Shown: positions 19,140 through 29,460, counted from the first letter of the stretch. The stretch is 64,000 nucleotides of DNA from Candidatus Acidiferrum sp. (GCA_035310525.1 DATGED010000090.1:1336-65335); one strand, 5' to 3'. Made by a program: numbers and translations. Notes: generated from the letters alone by a model not told the origin.

Positions 19140-20135
19140 TTAGCCTGGGTATCCCTGCTTGCCGCTTGAGCCGCGAGTAGGTTGAGCTTGCTGGGAAGGC
19201 TGCACAGTTCGCAGTTGCGACCAACCTAGCATTCCGCAAAGAACGAATCCGACTGCGTTCAGAACTCCGTGATATTTCGCCATTTGCGCGATATTGACAA
19301 ATGCCTGCAACGGGTACTCACCCATAGCCCAAACCGCAGACAGAACCATTCCAACGGCCACGCAGCCGCCAGCAATTAACAGCAACCACCGTCCACTTTG
19401 CCCCTTTGCCGTGATCCCCACCCGAATCATTCCCACGCCGAGACCGATCTGGCCCACCACAATCAGCAACGCAGCGAGGAGCTTCCATTTGGGCCCGAAC
19501 AAGAAAGCGAGACCAAGTATTCCCGGCCCCAGAACGACGGCCAGCAAGGCCAGGCGAAGAAGCTTTTGGCCATTATGCCCACGCAGCCTTTCTTCCGTCA
19601 GCCCGGCTAACACTGCAGAGGCGAACCCCGCAAAATGAAAGTGCACCGCAGTCAACAACACAATCGGCTCACGAAAACCAATCAACTGAATTCCGGCCCG
19701 TGAAGCTACCAGCCAGACTCCGGCCACGAGCAGGTAGCCTTCTCCGGACGCAAAACAGAACTGGCTGAAAGACTTTCCCCGGGTGTGCACAATCCGAATC
19801 ACGCCGTCTATTGCAAGCGCTGCGCAGATCACCATCCAGCCAGAGGCACACCGCGCAGAAAGTAAGCGATTGGGGATGAAAAACGAGAGAGTCGCCAGCG
19901 CGGCGGCCGGCAAAACCGTACATCGCAGAAACGTGCCGGTCAGTAAATGGATTGGGCCAGAGATTAGATAAACGCCAAGCGGCACAATAATCCAGGGAGC
20001 CAGGAGGAAGAGCACTTCGATGATTCCAAGGTGAATGCCCGGAATCAGGCTCAACAATACGAGCGCTGTCCAAACAACCGCCCCCTGCATCGCCAGGCGC
20101 CACATCGCGAAGTCCTCGCTGCGTACAGATTTCAT
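19140..20135 (-). CDS. YndJ-family membrane protein
   Basis: Signature IVLLTAVHFHFAGF and M..YHG.LNA.GF; multiple TM helices. Confidence 0.82.
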   Translation of the reverse strand: MKSVRSEDFAMWRLAMQGAVVWTALVLLSLIPGIHLGIIEVLFLLAPWIIVPLGVYLISGPIHLLTGTFLRCTVLPAAALATLSFFIPNRLLSARCASGWMVICAALAIDGVIRIVHTRGKSFSQFCFASGEGYLLVAGVWLVASRAGIQLIGFREPIVLLTAVHFHFAGFASAVLAGLTEERLRGHNGQKLLRLALLAVVLGPGILGLAFLFGPKWKLLAALLIVVGQIGLGVGMIRVGITAKGQSGRWLLLIAGGCVAVGMVLSAVWAMGEYPLQAFVNIAQMAKYHGVLNAVGFVLCGMLGWSQLRTVQPSQQAQPTRGSSGKQGYPG

Positions 20136-20143
20136 GGCGGCCC

Positions 20144-20551
20144 TCAGGCATGCAGGGTAAGAGCGGCTACACCGTACGTTGCGGCTAGAAAAAGCGCCGC
20201 TGCCGTGAACGCGATGTCACCAAGCCGATTCAAGCGCCTTACGGATGGATCGTAGTAGAAAAGTTGTACCGGCGCGCGGAACAACCAGAAGACGGCAATT
20301 CCACCTGCGAGAAACCTTCCCAAGCCGCGCCCGCTCGCGAGCTCTTGGGCAAAACCGAGCGTCAGCGCCGCGAACAACAGCAGCACTCCCACGATGTACA
20401 CGGAATGCACGACAAAGATCTGGCGGATGATCGGCGTCACCCGATCCAGACTTTCCCGGTAGTTCAACCTCCGCTGAAGGAAGACATTTGTGGCGGCAAT
20501 GCCGATTTGGACGAAGCCCGCCAACCATAGAGACAGAAGCAGGGCGTTCAT
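20144..20551 (-). CDS. Conserved 4-TM hypothetical membrane protein
   Basis: ATG 20551 with GAGGAG RBS; four hydrophobic helices; RQIF.VH..YI and FW..R...Q motifs; operonic spacing. Confidence 0.7.
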   Translation of the reverse strand: MNALLLSLWLAGFVQIGIAATNVFLQRRLNYRESLDRVTPIIRQIFVVHSVYIVGVLLLFAALTLGFAQELASGRGLGRFLAGGIAVFWLFRAPVQLFYYDPSVRRLNRLGDIAFTAAALFLAATYGVAALTLHA

Positions 20552-20570
20552 GTTGGTCTCCTCTCGGCCG

Positions 20571-20990
20571 TTAGGCCCGCTTGGTCGCTTCAGAAGTCGC
20601 ACAACTCACTGCGATGCAATGCCTGCGCGTGGCGATCGAGCGATACCAGCCTCTCAACACCCCCATCCCTCCCGGAATCCTGCTGAACCAAACCAGCGGA
20701 CGCGCCCACCACACTTCGCGAGCCAATGCTACCGCGGCATCCGCTCCGCCAAACTGACGCCCGTCCGAAAGCAGCACGCGCATCTCGCGCAGCAACTCTT
20801 CTCGCGACATTCCCAGCAGCGCGCCAACTCGCGAATCCTGCAGCGGCGCCACCGCCAAACCCCTCCGCTCTAGAATCGGCGCCAGCCGCCGCGCAATGCG
20901 GGTGCAGGACTCGCACTCGGCGTCAAAAAAAAGCCATCCTCGCGCGTGTCGTCCCTTTCCGTCCGTAAACTCCGATGCCAGTGAAATCAT
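20571..20990 (-). CDS. DCC1-like thiol-disulfide oxidoreductase (DUF393)
   Basis: [10 protein letters not shown] (DxxCxxC), GGADA, Y..IA.RRHC. Confidence 0.85.
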   Translation of the reverse strand: MISLASEFTDGKGRHARGWLFFDAECESCTRIARRLAPILERRGLAVAPLQDSRVGALLGMSREELLREMRVLLSDGRQFGGADAAVALAREVWWARPLVWFSRIPGGMGVLRGWYRSIATRRHCIAVSCATSEATKRA

Positions 20991-21039
20991 GACTTGTTCA
21001 CTTTCCGCAACCGCAAATCGCCGGAGTTGCTCCATAATC

Positions 21040-21597
21040 TCAGCCGTTCGCGGCCTTCTTTCCCAGCAGCGTCACTACTTTCCCCCTCAGTTTTCCGACG
21101 CCCTTCAGCGCCGAAGTCGGCATGCGCAACACTTCGTCGAAGAGTCCTGTCATTACGGTCAGGAACTCCAGCATGCTCTCGAGCCGCTCCCGTGTGTACG
21201 CGTCGCCATGTGCATTCGCCTTGGACTCCGCAACGCACTCTGCCAGCACGCGCAGGGTCGGATCGATCTCGCGACGTTTCCGCTCCTCGCTGACCACCCG
21301 GAAGATCTCCCAAACGTCCTTGAGCGATTCGAAATGATCCCGGCGGTCGCCCAGGACATGCACCACGCGCACGATCCCCCAGCCCTGCAGCTCGCGCAAA
21401 CACGTGCTCACATTGGACCGTGCCACTGCCAGGGTCGCTGAGATCTCATCCGCGGGCACGGGAACGGGCGAAAGGAACAAGAGCGCGTGGACCTGGGCTA
21501 CGGTCCGGTTGATGCCCCAGCGCGTGCCCATCTCTCCCCAGTGGAGGATGAATTTTTGGGCTACAGGCGAAAGTGTTGCTTTTGTAGTGTCTGTCAT
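21040..21597 (-). CDS. GbsR/MarR-family transcriptional regulator
   Basis: [23 protein letters not shown], wHTH ARSNVS..LRELQ.WG, GDRRDHF. Confidence 0.9.
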   Translation of the reverse strand: MTDTTKATLSPVAQKFILHWGEMGTRWGINRTVAQVHALLFLSPVPVPADEISATLAVARSNVSTCLRELQGWGIVRVVHVLGDRRDHFESLKDVWEIFRVVSEERKRREIDPTLRVLAECVAESKANAHGDAYTRERLESMLEFLTVMTGLFDEVLRMPTSALKGVGKLRGKVVTLLGKKAANG

Positions 21598-21649
21598 TTT
21601 TGTTATTTCTCTCTGTACAGAACATACCGTAACGACAGCTATTTGTCAA
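21589..21649 (-). promoter_or_regulatory. Sigma70-type promoter of the GbsR-family operon, overlapped by candidate operator repeats
   Basis: Minus strand TTGACA (21649-21644)-N17-TATGTT (21626-21621); near-palindromes ttctct-N4-acagaa (21607-21622) and taccgt-N4-acagct (21625-21640). Confidence 0.6.
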
Positions 21650-21809
21650 GCCCTTATTTCCCTTTCTTCCTCCAATGCCCTGCCTCACACCTGTCCCTTT
21701 TTCTCCCTTCCTTGCCATTTACCCGTGCGTGCAGCTTTGTCAAAGTATTCGAATTGAGGCATTTGTGCGCGCGAAACAGCAAGCTATTCGCATCGGCTCC
21801 GCCGCGTCC

Positions 21810-22655
21810 ATGGCACTTGCTGTTCTCGCTTGCGTCAGCGTGCTGCCCCGAGCTGATTCGGCGATGCCCCAAGCCAATTCGTCCTACGACACGGCGATTG
21901 CCGCACTCTGCCCGATTGTCTATCCGGACGATCAGTCTCCTGCTTCGCGCGGCTACCACTACACTTTCTTCGGCAATGCCTTCTTCATCAACGAAGAAGG
22001 TTATCTGCTTACTGTCGCTCACGTCCTGGAGACCTTTCGCGATGGGGGCCAGCCGTACATCCTCGTGAATCGTCCAAACGCTCCGCCCCAGTTGTTGCAC
22101 GTGACGATCATCGCCAGGGATGCGCAACACGATGTTGCGATTCTTCGGGCCGTGCCAAACCCCTTTGCGGGAAAGAACGCTGTCGCTGTCATGCCGCTGA
22201 ACTCGGAACCGGCTGTACGGGGCCAGGCCGTCGTAGCGCTCTCCCTCCGTCCGAAACGGCCGCAGGACGCACACAGCTTTGAATATGAGCGTGAAGATAC
22301 GTCTCCCGGCACAGTGCTCTCGTTCGAGTCCACCCAACTGGATAAGTCAGGCCCTGCTGCCGACGTATTTCTGCTGAGTCATCCAGTCGAGAAAGGCCAG
22401 AGCGGTTCGCCCGTCATTGAGACTAAGACGCAAGCCGCTGTCGGCCTGGTAGAAGGGCTTTGGTTGCGAGGCGTGTCTCTCCCGCTTGGCAAGAAGGGAT
22501 CCCTGCCCACGAATACTCCTGGTGCCGCCATTCCAATCCGCTACGCCATTACACTCCTGCAGCAGCACGGGATCGCATGGCATTCGGCCGGTTTATTGCC
22601 GGCACCGCCAGCATCTTCGCAGGCCGTCCGCACTCCCGGTGATCGTCCGAGGTAA
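21810..22655 (+). CDS. Trypsin-like (S1) serine protease, secreted, no PDZ
   Basis: Triad motifs LTVAHV, HDVAIL, GQSGSP; signal peptide; start approximate. Confidence 0.8.
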   Translation: MALAVLACVSVLPRADSAMPQANSSYDTAIAALCPIVYPDDQSPASRGYHYTFFGNAFFINEEGYLLTVAHVLETFRDGGQPYILVNRPNAPPQLLHVTIIARDAQHDVAILRAVPNPFAGKNAVAVMPLNSEPAVRGQAVVALSLRPKRPQDAHSFEYEREDTSPGTVLSFESTQLDKSGPAADVFLLSHPVEKGQSGSPVIETKTQAAVGLVEGLWLRGVSLPLGKKGSLPTNTPGAAIPIRYAITLLQQHGIAWHSAGLLPAPPASSQAVRTPGDRPR

Positions 22656-22741
22656 GATCCGCCTTACCCAAGAAAAATCTTGTACGGAATGAATTTTGGG
22701 ATGTGACCAAACGGCGATTCTGTTTCCGTGCGCCTCGCGCT

Positions 22742-23704
22742 TTATGGAATTACGACAAGTCTTCTACCGCCGCTTTCCGGCCGCCCCCAGGCTTGCTCAA
22801 TCTCACTGAGAGCCACGGATTCCGTTTCGATCCGAAGGACGCCTCTGGCGGCCCAATCCATGACTTGATGCATGGCATTGACAAGGACGTCACGCGATGG
22901 AATGCCAGCGGTTCCTAGAATGGTTAGCGCGGTGCTGCGGAGGACCGCAGCGGGAAGCGAAATATTTGGCCCCGCGCTTTCGCCCACCTGGACTAGGCGC
23001 GTCTCTGAATTAATCGTGGCAAATTCGGGACGCGTGATTGCGGCGAGGAGAAGTTCGGTGGGCCGGCCCCAAACGAAATCAACCACCACCTGGAAACCGG
23101 CATCGCCCGCTTCGCGCGCGAAAGCCTTTTTCACGTCGTCCTCCGGTTGATTGAGCTGAATGGTTACGTCCGCTCCGAGTTCGCGAAGCGTCTCCAATAC
23201 TTGCGGGTTTCGTCCGGCGGCAATCACACGGCCCGCACCAAGCAACTTTGCAATCTGCACCGCCAATTTTCCAGTTACACCCGTCGCGCCGAGAATCAGC
23301 ACACGGTCGCCTTTTTCGACTTTTGCACGCTGGCTAAGGACCAGCCACGCGGAAACGCCCGGATTCGGCAGAGCAGCGGCAGTGGCGTCATCCAAGCCGT
23401 CGGGCACAGGAAAACAAAATGCTTTAGGCACTACGGTCCGCTGCGCCATCGCACCATACGGACGGCGCGGGCCCCCAAAAAACACCCTGGTTCCATCGGC
23501 GAGGTCACCGACCCCATCCGTCCCGCAAATTACGGGAAGCTCGCGGGGGCTGGCGAAGTGTGAACCGGCGGCGAGTTGTCTGTCCACGGCTTTCAGGGAC
23601 GCGGCGCGAACTCTTACGATAACTTCATCGCCCGCGGCTGCGCGCTCAGCAAATTCCTCGTAACGGGGAGGCTTACCCAGCTCGTGCAGTACGGCAGCTT
23701 TCAT
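22742..23704 (-). CDS. MDR-family quinone oxidoreductase-like dehydrogenase
   Basis: MKAAVL, G.DGVG, GATGVTG..AVQIAK.LGA; no Zn cysteines; GGAGGAG RBS. Confidence 0.88.
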   Translation of the reverse strand: MKAAVLHELGKPPRYEEFAERAAAGDEVIVRVRAASLKAVDRQLAAGSHFASPRELPVICGTDGVGDLADGTRVFFGGPRRPYGAMAQRTVVPKAFCFPVPDGLDDATAAALPNPGVSAWLVLSQRAKVEKGDRVLILGATGVTGKLAVQIAKLLGAGRVIAAGRNPQVLETLRELGADVTIQLNQPEDDVKKAFAREAGDAGFQVVVDFVWGRPTELLLAAITRPEFATINSETRLVQVGESAGPNISLPAAVLRSTALTILGTAGIPSRDVLVNAMHQVMDWAARGVLRIETESVALSEIEQAWGRPESGGRRLVVIP

Positions 23705-23893
23705 GCAGTCTCCTCCTCCAACACAGAGAATGCCACTTCCCGTCGACCTGGGAACACGGCGTCTGGCATTATGTCAGGTTTTCACCCCATGCTATCAGGG
23801 TGTCATCGAAGCCGCTGATCCCTCCTGGGCTCGAAATCCCGCGTCACAACGAATACGCCGTTTGTGCCTGTGGCGAGAAAAATTCATACGCAA

Positions 23894-25561
23894 TCAGGGC
23901 TCGCGAACTTTCAGAACTTGATCAGACTTGACGTCGCGAAGTTGTTGCACTTTGCCGCTTGGCCAATGAATTTCGATTAGCTTGGCAACCGTTTCTTTGC
24001 CCAGTCCAAAGCGTACTAGCGGCTCGCTTGAAGAAGCGTAACCCACACTGCTAGTGCAATGGTTGTAGAGCTTGCGGCCGTCCGGCAAAGTGAGTTCGAC
24101 TTTTGCGCCGATCCCATCGCGATTGCTGCGCGTTCCAGTTAGCTTTAGCGCAAGCCAGTGTCCGGTATTTGCGGTCACGTTGTGAAAGAGCCGCGCGGGT
24201 CCATTCACGTTGGAAACCACGGCGTCGAGTCGGCCATCGTTATCAAAATCGGCAAAAGCGACCCCGCGATATTGGCCGGCTAGCTGAAAATCGGAGCCTG
24301 CTGACTTCGAGACATCTTCGAAGCGCCCGCCTTGATTACGGAATAGGGAGTTCGGCAGATTCGCCTCGGTGCCGAGAGATTCCTCGATAGCAGGAAAATG
24401 GGCGTTGGCGGTGAAAACGTCCTTGAAACCATCGTTGTCGAAATCGTATAAGCCAATTCCCCATCCTGTAAGAGCGCGCGTGGCAGCAGCGAGGCCCGAG
24501 CGCGCGGTCACATCCTCAAAGACGGGGGACTTCCCCGTGTTGCGAAAGAGCGGGAACGTGTCGTTGATCATGGCGGTGAAAATCAGACCGGGACGGCCTT
24601 CATCCTCGAAATCGCGAAAATCGGCGCCCATGCTGGCTACGGGCCTCCCGTTATCATCGAGCGCCACGCCAGCAAGCATTCCGACTTCCTCGAACTTATC
24701 GTGGCCAAGATTATGGAAAAGAAAATTGGGCACGCTATCGTTTGCTACAAAAATGTCCATCAGCGCATCGCCGTCATAGTCGGCGACGGCCACTCCCATG
24801 CCTTTGCCGAAATGCGACCCGAGTCCGGACGACTCGGTTATGTCGGCAAAAGTCCCATCGTGGTTGTTGCGAAAGAGCTGGTTGGGAGTGTCGTGATAGG
24901 CGCCGGGATGGCAGTAGAGTGGCTTCTTATCGGTGCCACATTTGGGTTCGAGCTTCGGATCCCACTGCACGTAATTGCTGATGACCAGGTCGAGCCAGCC
25001 ATCGTTATCAATGTCAACCCAGGCGGCGGAAACCGACCACAGCTTGCCGTAACGCGGATCGACGCCGCCGAGGTGGGCTTTCTCCGTGACATCTTCAAAC
25101 GTACCGTCGCCTCGGTTGTGATAGAGGATGTTCCGATTGACGCCGGCCACAAAGATATCCGGATAACCATCATTGTCGTAATCCGCAACGGCGACTCCCA
25201 TGGAGTAGCCCTCGCCTGCGACGCCAGCTTTTTCCGTAACATCCGTAAACGTTCCATCGCAGTTGTTGCGGAAAAGTCGATTGAAAAACTGCGGACCTGT
25301 TTTTTTGAGCGAGGGCATGGCCGCGCCGTTTGTGAAGAAGATGTCCATGCAGCCATCGTTGTTATAGTCGAGCACGGCCACGCCGCCGAGCATCAACTCC
25401 GGCTGGTGAAATTCCCCGATGGCGCCGTTGCGCAGTTCGAATTTGAGTCCGGACTTGGCGGCCACATCTTCGAAGCGGATTTGCGCGCCCACGTCCGCGG
25501 CAGCCGCGGACAAGAGCAAGATCAGTGTGAGTCCTTGCGCAGCTGATAGTCGCGTAGCCAT
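23894..25561 (-). CDS. CRTAC1-family protein (FG-GAP/VCBS repeats + ASPIC/UnbV domain), secreted
   Basis: Repeated D(Y/F)DNDG..D motifs, F.DVT..AG, C-terminal SNRDGIGA.V...FGLG...I.WPSG; signal peptide. Confidence 0.92.
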   Translation of the reverse strand: MATRLSAAQGLTLILLLSAAAADVGAQIRFEDVAAKSGLKFELRNGAIGEFHQPELMLGGVAVLDYNNDGCMDIFFTNGAAMPSLKKTGPQFFNRLFRNNCDGTFTDVTEKAGVAGEGYSMGVAVADYDNDGYPDIFVAGVNRNILYHNRGDGTFEDVTEKAHLGGVDPRYGKLWSVSAAWVDIDNDGWLDLVISNYVQWDPKLEPKCGTDKKPLYCHPGAYHDTPNQLFRNNHDGTFADITESSGLGSHFGKGMGVAVADYDGDALMDIFVANDSVPNFLFHNLGHDKFEEVGMLAGVALDDNGRPVASMGADFRDFEDEGRPGLIFTAMINDTFPLFRNTGKSPVFEDVTARSGLAAATRALTGWGIGLYDFDNDGFKDVFTANAHFPAIEESLGTEANLPNSLFRNQGGRFEDVSKSAGSDFQLAGQYRGVAFADFDNDGRLDAVVSNVNGPARLFHNVTANTGHWLALKLTGTRSNRDGIGAKVELTLPDGRKLYNHCTSSVGYASSSEPLVRFGLGKETVAKLIEIHWPSGKVQQLRDVKSDQVLKVREP

Positions 25562-28071
25562 TGCGCTTGCTCTGCGGCCTCCTTGGCACGTCCTTGCGTC
25601 TGATAAATCTTGAGCAGCAGATTGTGAGCTTCGGGAAATTCCTGGAGCAGGCGGACGGATTCTTCCCCGGCGCTCGCCGCTTCGCCCACGCGACGGAGCT
25701 CGAGCAACAATTTGGCGCGCCAGAAATAGGCCTTCGCCGTTTGCGGAACTGCTGCGATCAACCCATCGACGCGCTTTAAAGCTTCCTCGGCATGCCCGGA
25801 TTCGGAGAGCAACTCGACATAAGCAAGTTGGAAATCGACATTCTGGCGCGCCTCGGGGTGCTCAGAAAGGGCTCTCATAGCAGATTCTGCTTCGGCTGAG
25901 CGCCCCTCCTTTTCCAGACTGATGGCACGATAGATCTGCGCTTTCGCAGCCCATTCCGCGTTTGGCGCAAGCTGAAGCGCCTGCTCCATATCCTTCAGAG
26001 CCGCGCCGTATTGTCCGCTCTGGTACCGGACTTGACCTTCTAGAAACTGAGCTTGGGCGTCGGCGGTTCCGTTGCCTACCCCGCTGTTCGGCGGCACCTC
26101 GACACGACTGGTTTCTTTGGTGGCAATCTCAGCGAGCAGCCGCTGAGCCGCATCATACTGCCGGTCATCGCGCGGAATGGCATCGAGAATATGGCGCGCG
26201 GATTGGTAATCGCCTTTTTCAGCAAGCGATCGGGCCAGGTAGTATTGTGCCGGGATCGTTGGGTCGAGCTTTAACGTCGCGCGAAAGGCATTCGCTGCCC
26301 CCGCCATGTCCCCCGATAAAAAGAAGAATTTTCCTGCGGCCAGTTGCTGTTGAGCATCGTCAGAATTGAGCTCCGCACGCGCACGGTACAGTTCTTTTGC
26401 CTGTTCGTAGCGCTCGCCATCTTCACCGGGAAATGGGCGCACTCCCATAGCGACCATGGCGATCGCCGCGCTCATTCGAACCGTGCGTATGGGGTCTTTG
26501 AGGAGGGTGACAAGGTTAATCGCGAGTTCCTCGCGTTGGGCCGGGCTGGGCTTTAGAGCGGTCGCCGCAGTTGAGCGCAGCAGCGGCGCCGTGTCCCCAA
26601 GTGAGTGGACGAGCGCATCATATGCCTTTGGATCGTTTAGAAAACTTCCCAGGTATCCGGCGGCATTGGCCCGAATGAAGGGCCCACCCGCTGGATCGGC
26701 AAGGATCTCCAGCAAGGAAGGAATCGCAGCCGGATCGCCTTGGCGCGCCTGCGAGAAGGCGTCGGCGCGGCGTATAAATTTCTGCCGGGACCTGTCGCCA
26801 TACCACGCTTGCATCTGACGAACGGTCCACGCCGCGTCTTTGTCGCGATGGCAAAGATTGCACGCATTCGGTATGTCATGCCGAATCGTATTTTCCGGAA
26901 CTGGTATGCTGATCGAGTGATCGCGCATCCGCGTCTGGAGGCTAACCACGGTTTCCGGCATGTGGCATTCCATGCACGAACCGCCAGAACTCTTCGGTGG
27001 ATGATGTGTGTGCGCGGAAATGTTCGCGGCAATCGCCGCGTGACAGGCTGTACAAAGACCGTTGTTGTCCGGCCGAAGCTGCGGGCTGCGATCGACGTCC
27101 ACATTGTGAGTATGGGAATGGCAAGTGGTACAGGTTGCTCCACCTTTAAGAAAACACTGGCTCTGCCACAACGCAAGTGCTTCGTTCGATAATTGCCTCG
27201 GCCGTCCGTCAGGCCAATAGGCCGGATCCTCAGAAGCCGGCAAGCGGTACTCCATGACCGGCGTGAAGAAGTCGTCGTAATTCGCTCCTGCTCTGAATTT
27301 ATCTGCGTAGACATCTCGCAACGAGTGGCACTGCGCGCAGATCGCCGTGCTGCTTGCTGCGTCCAATCGGGCCGGGTTGCGGATCGAGGCCCTCAGCCGC
27401 GCGCGGGTGGCCGCGTCCAGCACCTTTGCGCTCTTGCCCGTAGCGATGTGTTCGCTTCCGGGCCCATGGCAGCTTTCGCAGTTGATTCCCAGGTCTCTCC
27501 ATGTCGTTCGATAACGAAGATTTTCAAGCTCAAAATTCTTCTGACCTTGGCTTACATGGCAGGCGTAACAAGTCTTATTCCAGATTTGGACCGGATCAAC
27601 TGAACTTTCTTCTGGATTGCCGATATCAAGATCGAAATCCCATTTCTTGCGAACGACGTCCCACGTGGGAGGCAACAGAAGGATGCGGCCATCGGACAGC
27701 GTGGTGAGGTAGTGCTGAAACCGGCGGTCGCCGAGCGTGTATTCTATCCGGTGCTCCCAGGGCTTGCCGGATAGCTCGGATTCCGTGATGTAAAAACGGT
27801 TTTCGCGGAGTTGGAGAGTGAACGCAGAGCCGTGCAGCAGGAGATGGCTCTGGGCAAAGTCTCCTTTCACGCTCTGAATCGTGGCAGGTTGCATCGTCCT
27901 GCTGTGGTGAGCTTCCGCCCAGACACGCGTGACAGTTGCGTGACACTCCGCGCATGCCTCGGCGCCGGCATAACCGGGATTGGATTGCCCCTGAAGCCGC
28001 AAGGCAGCCATCAGCACGAAAACAAATCCCAGACTGCGTGCGGTCGAAGTTAGGCCCAAGAGTGTCCTCAT
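25522..28071 (-). CDS. Periplasmic octaheme c-type cytochrome with HEAT and TPR repeats
   Basis: Eight CxxCH (CAECH, CYACH, CESCH, CAQCH, CTTCH, CTACH, CMECH, CNLCH); signal peptide; HEAT-like and TPR helical C-terminus. Confidence 0.88.
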   Translation of the reverse strand: MRTLLGLTSTARSLGFVFVLMAALRLQGQSNPGYAGAEACAECHATVTRVWAEAHHSRTMQPATIQSVKGDFAQSHLLLHGSAFTLQLRENRFYITESELSGKPWEHRIEYTLGDRRFQHYLTTLSDGRILLLPPTWDVVRKKWDFDLDIGNPEESSVDPVQIWNKTCYACHVSQGQKNFELENLRYRTTWRDLGINCESCHGPGSEHIATGKSAKVLDAATRARLRASIRNPARLDAASSTAICAQCHSLRDVYADKFRAGANYDDFFTPVMEYRLPASEDPAYWPDGRPRQLSNEALALWQSQCFLKGGATCTTCHSHTHNVDVDRSPQLRPDNNGLCTACHAAIAANISAHTHHPPKSSGGSCMECHMPETVVSLQTRMRDHSISIPVPENTIRHDIPNACNLCHRDKDAAWTVRQMQAWYGDRSRQKFIRRADAFSQARQGDPAAIPSLLEILADPAGGPFIRANAAGYLGSFLNDPKAYDALVHSLGDTAPLLRSTAATALKPSPAQREELAINLVTLLKDPIRTVRMSAAIAMVAMGVRPFPGEDGERYEQAKELYRARAELNSDDAQQQLAAGKFFFLSGDMAGAANAFRATLKLDPTIPAQYYLARSLAEKGDYQSARHILDAIPRDDRQYDAAQRLLAEIATKETSRVEVPPNSGVGNGTADAQAQFLEGQVRYQSGQYGAALKDMEQALQLAPNAEWAAKAQIYRAISLEKEGRSAEAESAMRALSEHPEARQNVDFQLAYVELLSESGHAEEALKRVDGLIAAVPQTAKAYFWRAKLLLELRRVGEAASAGEESVRLLQEFPEAHNLLLKIYQTQGRAKEAAEQAQWLRDYQLRKDSH

Positions 28072-28140
28072 CCGATGTCTAGCATAAATCGCATCGGTGA
28101 AAATTACCGCCGAAAATGAGGAGTAATTGGCGGCGCCCAC

Positions 28141-29460
28141 TCAGCCGACGGTTTGGATGGCAGACACCAGTTCCGGAATGTCAATCCTGATCAGCGTTCC
28201 GACGCCGGCACGGCTTTCTATCTGCAAATAAAAATCGGCGCCGTAGAGCACGCGCAAACGCTCGCGGACGTTGCTGAGGCCGATTCCTTCGACGTACACA
28301 TGCGGCAACTTTTCTTCCGAGATGCCAACGCCGTTGTCCTCAATTTCGATGTGCAATCGGCCGTCGTGATTCGTGGTTCGGAGCTGGATTTTGCCGCCGT
28401 CCAGTTTGGGGGCCAGACCGTGCTTCAGGCAGTTTTCAACTATGGGTTGGAGCAGCATGCTGGGGACAAAAGCTTCGAGAGTTTCCTCATCAATGTTCTT
28501 GATGATGTCCAGGTTGTCGTGGCCAAAGCGGGCTACTTCGATATCGAGATAATCGTCGATGAACTCAAGTTCCTCGCGCAACGGAACGAAGGTTTCGTGC
28601 TTGCGGAGAAGCCGCCGGAGGATGTTGCTGAGCTTGAGGACCACGCCGCGCGCGTTATCCGGATCGAAGCGAATGAGCGCGGAGACGGTGTTCAGTGTGT
28701 TGAATAGAAAGTGAGGATTGATCTGACGCGAGAGCGCGTCCATGCGCGCTTTCAGCAAAAGTTGCTGGTGCCGTTCGAGGTTCATCTCGATACGCGTGTT
28801 GTTCCAAATTTTGAGAGGCGCCGCAACAGACATCAAGGTCGCAATCACCGTTAAAACAAGCCACCAATCCCATTGAGGATGAATCGCAAAGAGCCATTTC
28901 GGCTTGGTGGCCTGCACGAGCGCGACGCGCCCCAACTCCAACAGGACGCAGACGCCGAGAGGAGCCATTTCCCAGGACAGTTGCCTTTTCTTCACCAGGC
29001 GGACAAACGCTTTCGGTATGTTCAAGAACGTGAAAGGGCCGAAGTTCCAGAGGTCATCTTTGTTGGGAATCGCCTGGCGGATTAGTCCACCGAGCAATCC
29101 GGCAGTCGAGGCCGCCGGCATGGCGAGCCACTCGTGAGAAATTAGGGCGGGAATGGTGATAATCGCTCCGCCGATGGGCCCGACCACCCGGCCACCGAGC
29201 AATCCCATCAGGAATGCACCCTCCAGTGAAAGATCTGCGAATCGGTATTGATAATTCACCAGCCGAAGCGTCACGCCGACGATCAGCGGAGGAGTCATGA
29301 ACAGCATGAGCTTCAGCTTTTGGTCTGGATCGCGTTCTTCGGTAAACAGCACGCGACGAAACGTGTTCCACCGCGCGAGGAGAGCGGCGATCGAAGAGGC
29401 CACGCCCACCTTCAGCAGCAAGGTGAAGAGGAGGTCGCGAACTGCTGTGGCGGAGTCCAT
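28141..29460 (-). CDS. LytS/YehU-family sensor histidine kinase
   Basis: Multi-TM N-terminus; QINPHFLFNTLN H-box; LQPIVEN..KHG; EDNGVG; GIGLSNVRERL. Confidence 0.92.
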   Translation of the reverse strand: MDSATAVRDLLFTLLLKVGVASSIAALLARWNTFRRVLFTEERDPDQKLKLMLFMTPPLIVGVTLRLVNYQYRFADLSLEGAFLMGLLGGRVVGPIGGAIITIPALISHEWLAMPAASTAGLLGGLIRQAIPNKDDLWNFGPFTFLNIPKAFVRLVKKRQLSWEMAPLGVCVLLELGRVALVQATKPKWLFAIHPQWDWWLVLTVIATLMSVAAPLKIWNNTRIEMNLERHQQLLLKARMDALSRQINPHFLFNTLNTVSALIRFDPDNARGVVLKLSNILRRLLRKHETFVPLREELEFIDDYLDIEVARFGHDNLDIIKNIDEETLEAFVPSMLLQPIVENCLKHGLAPKLDGGKIQLRTTNHDGRLHIEIEDNGVGISEEKLPHVYVEGIGLSNVRERLRVLYGADFYLQIESRAGVGTLIRIDIPELVSAIQTVG

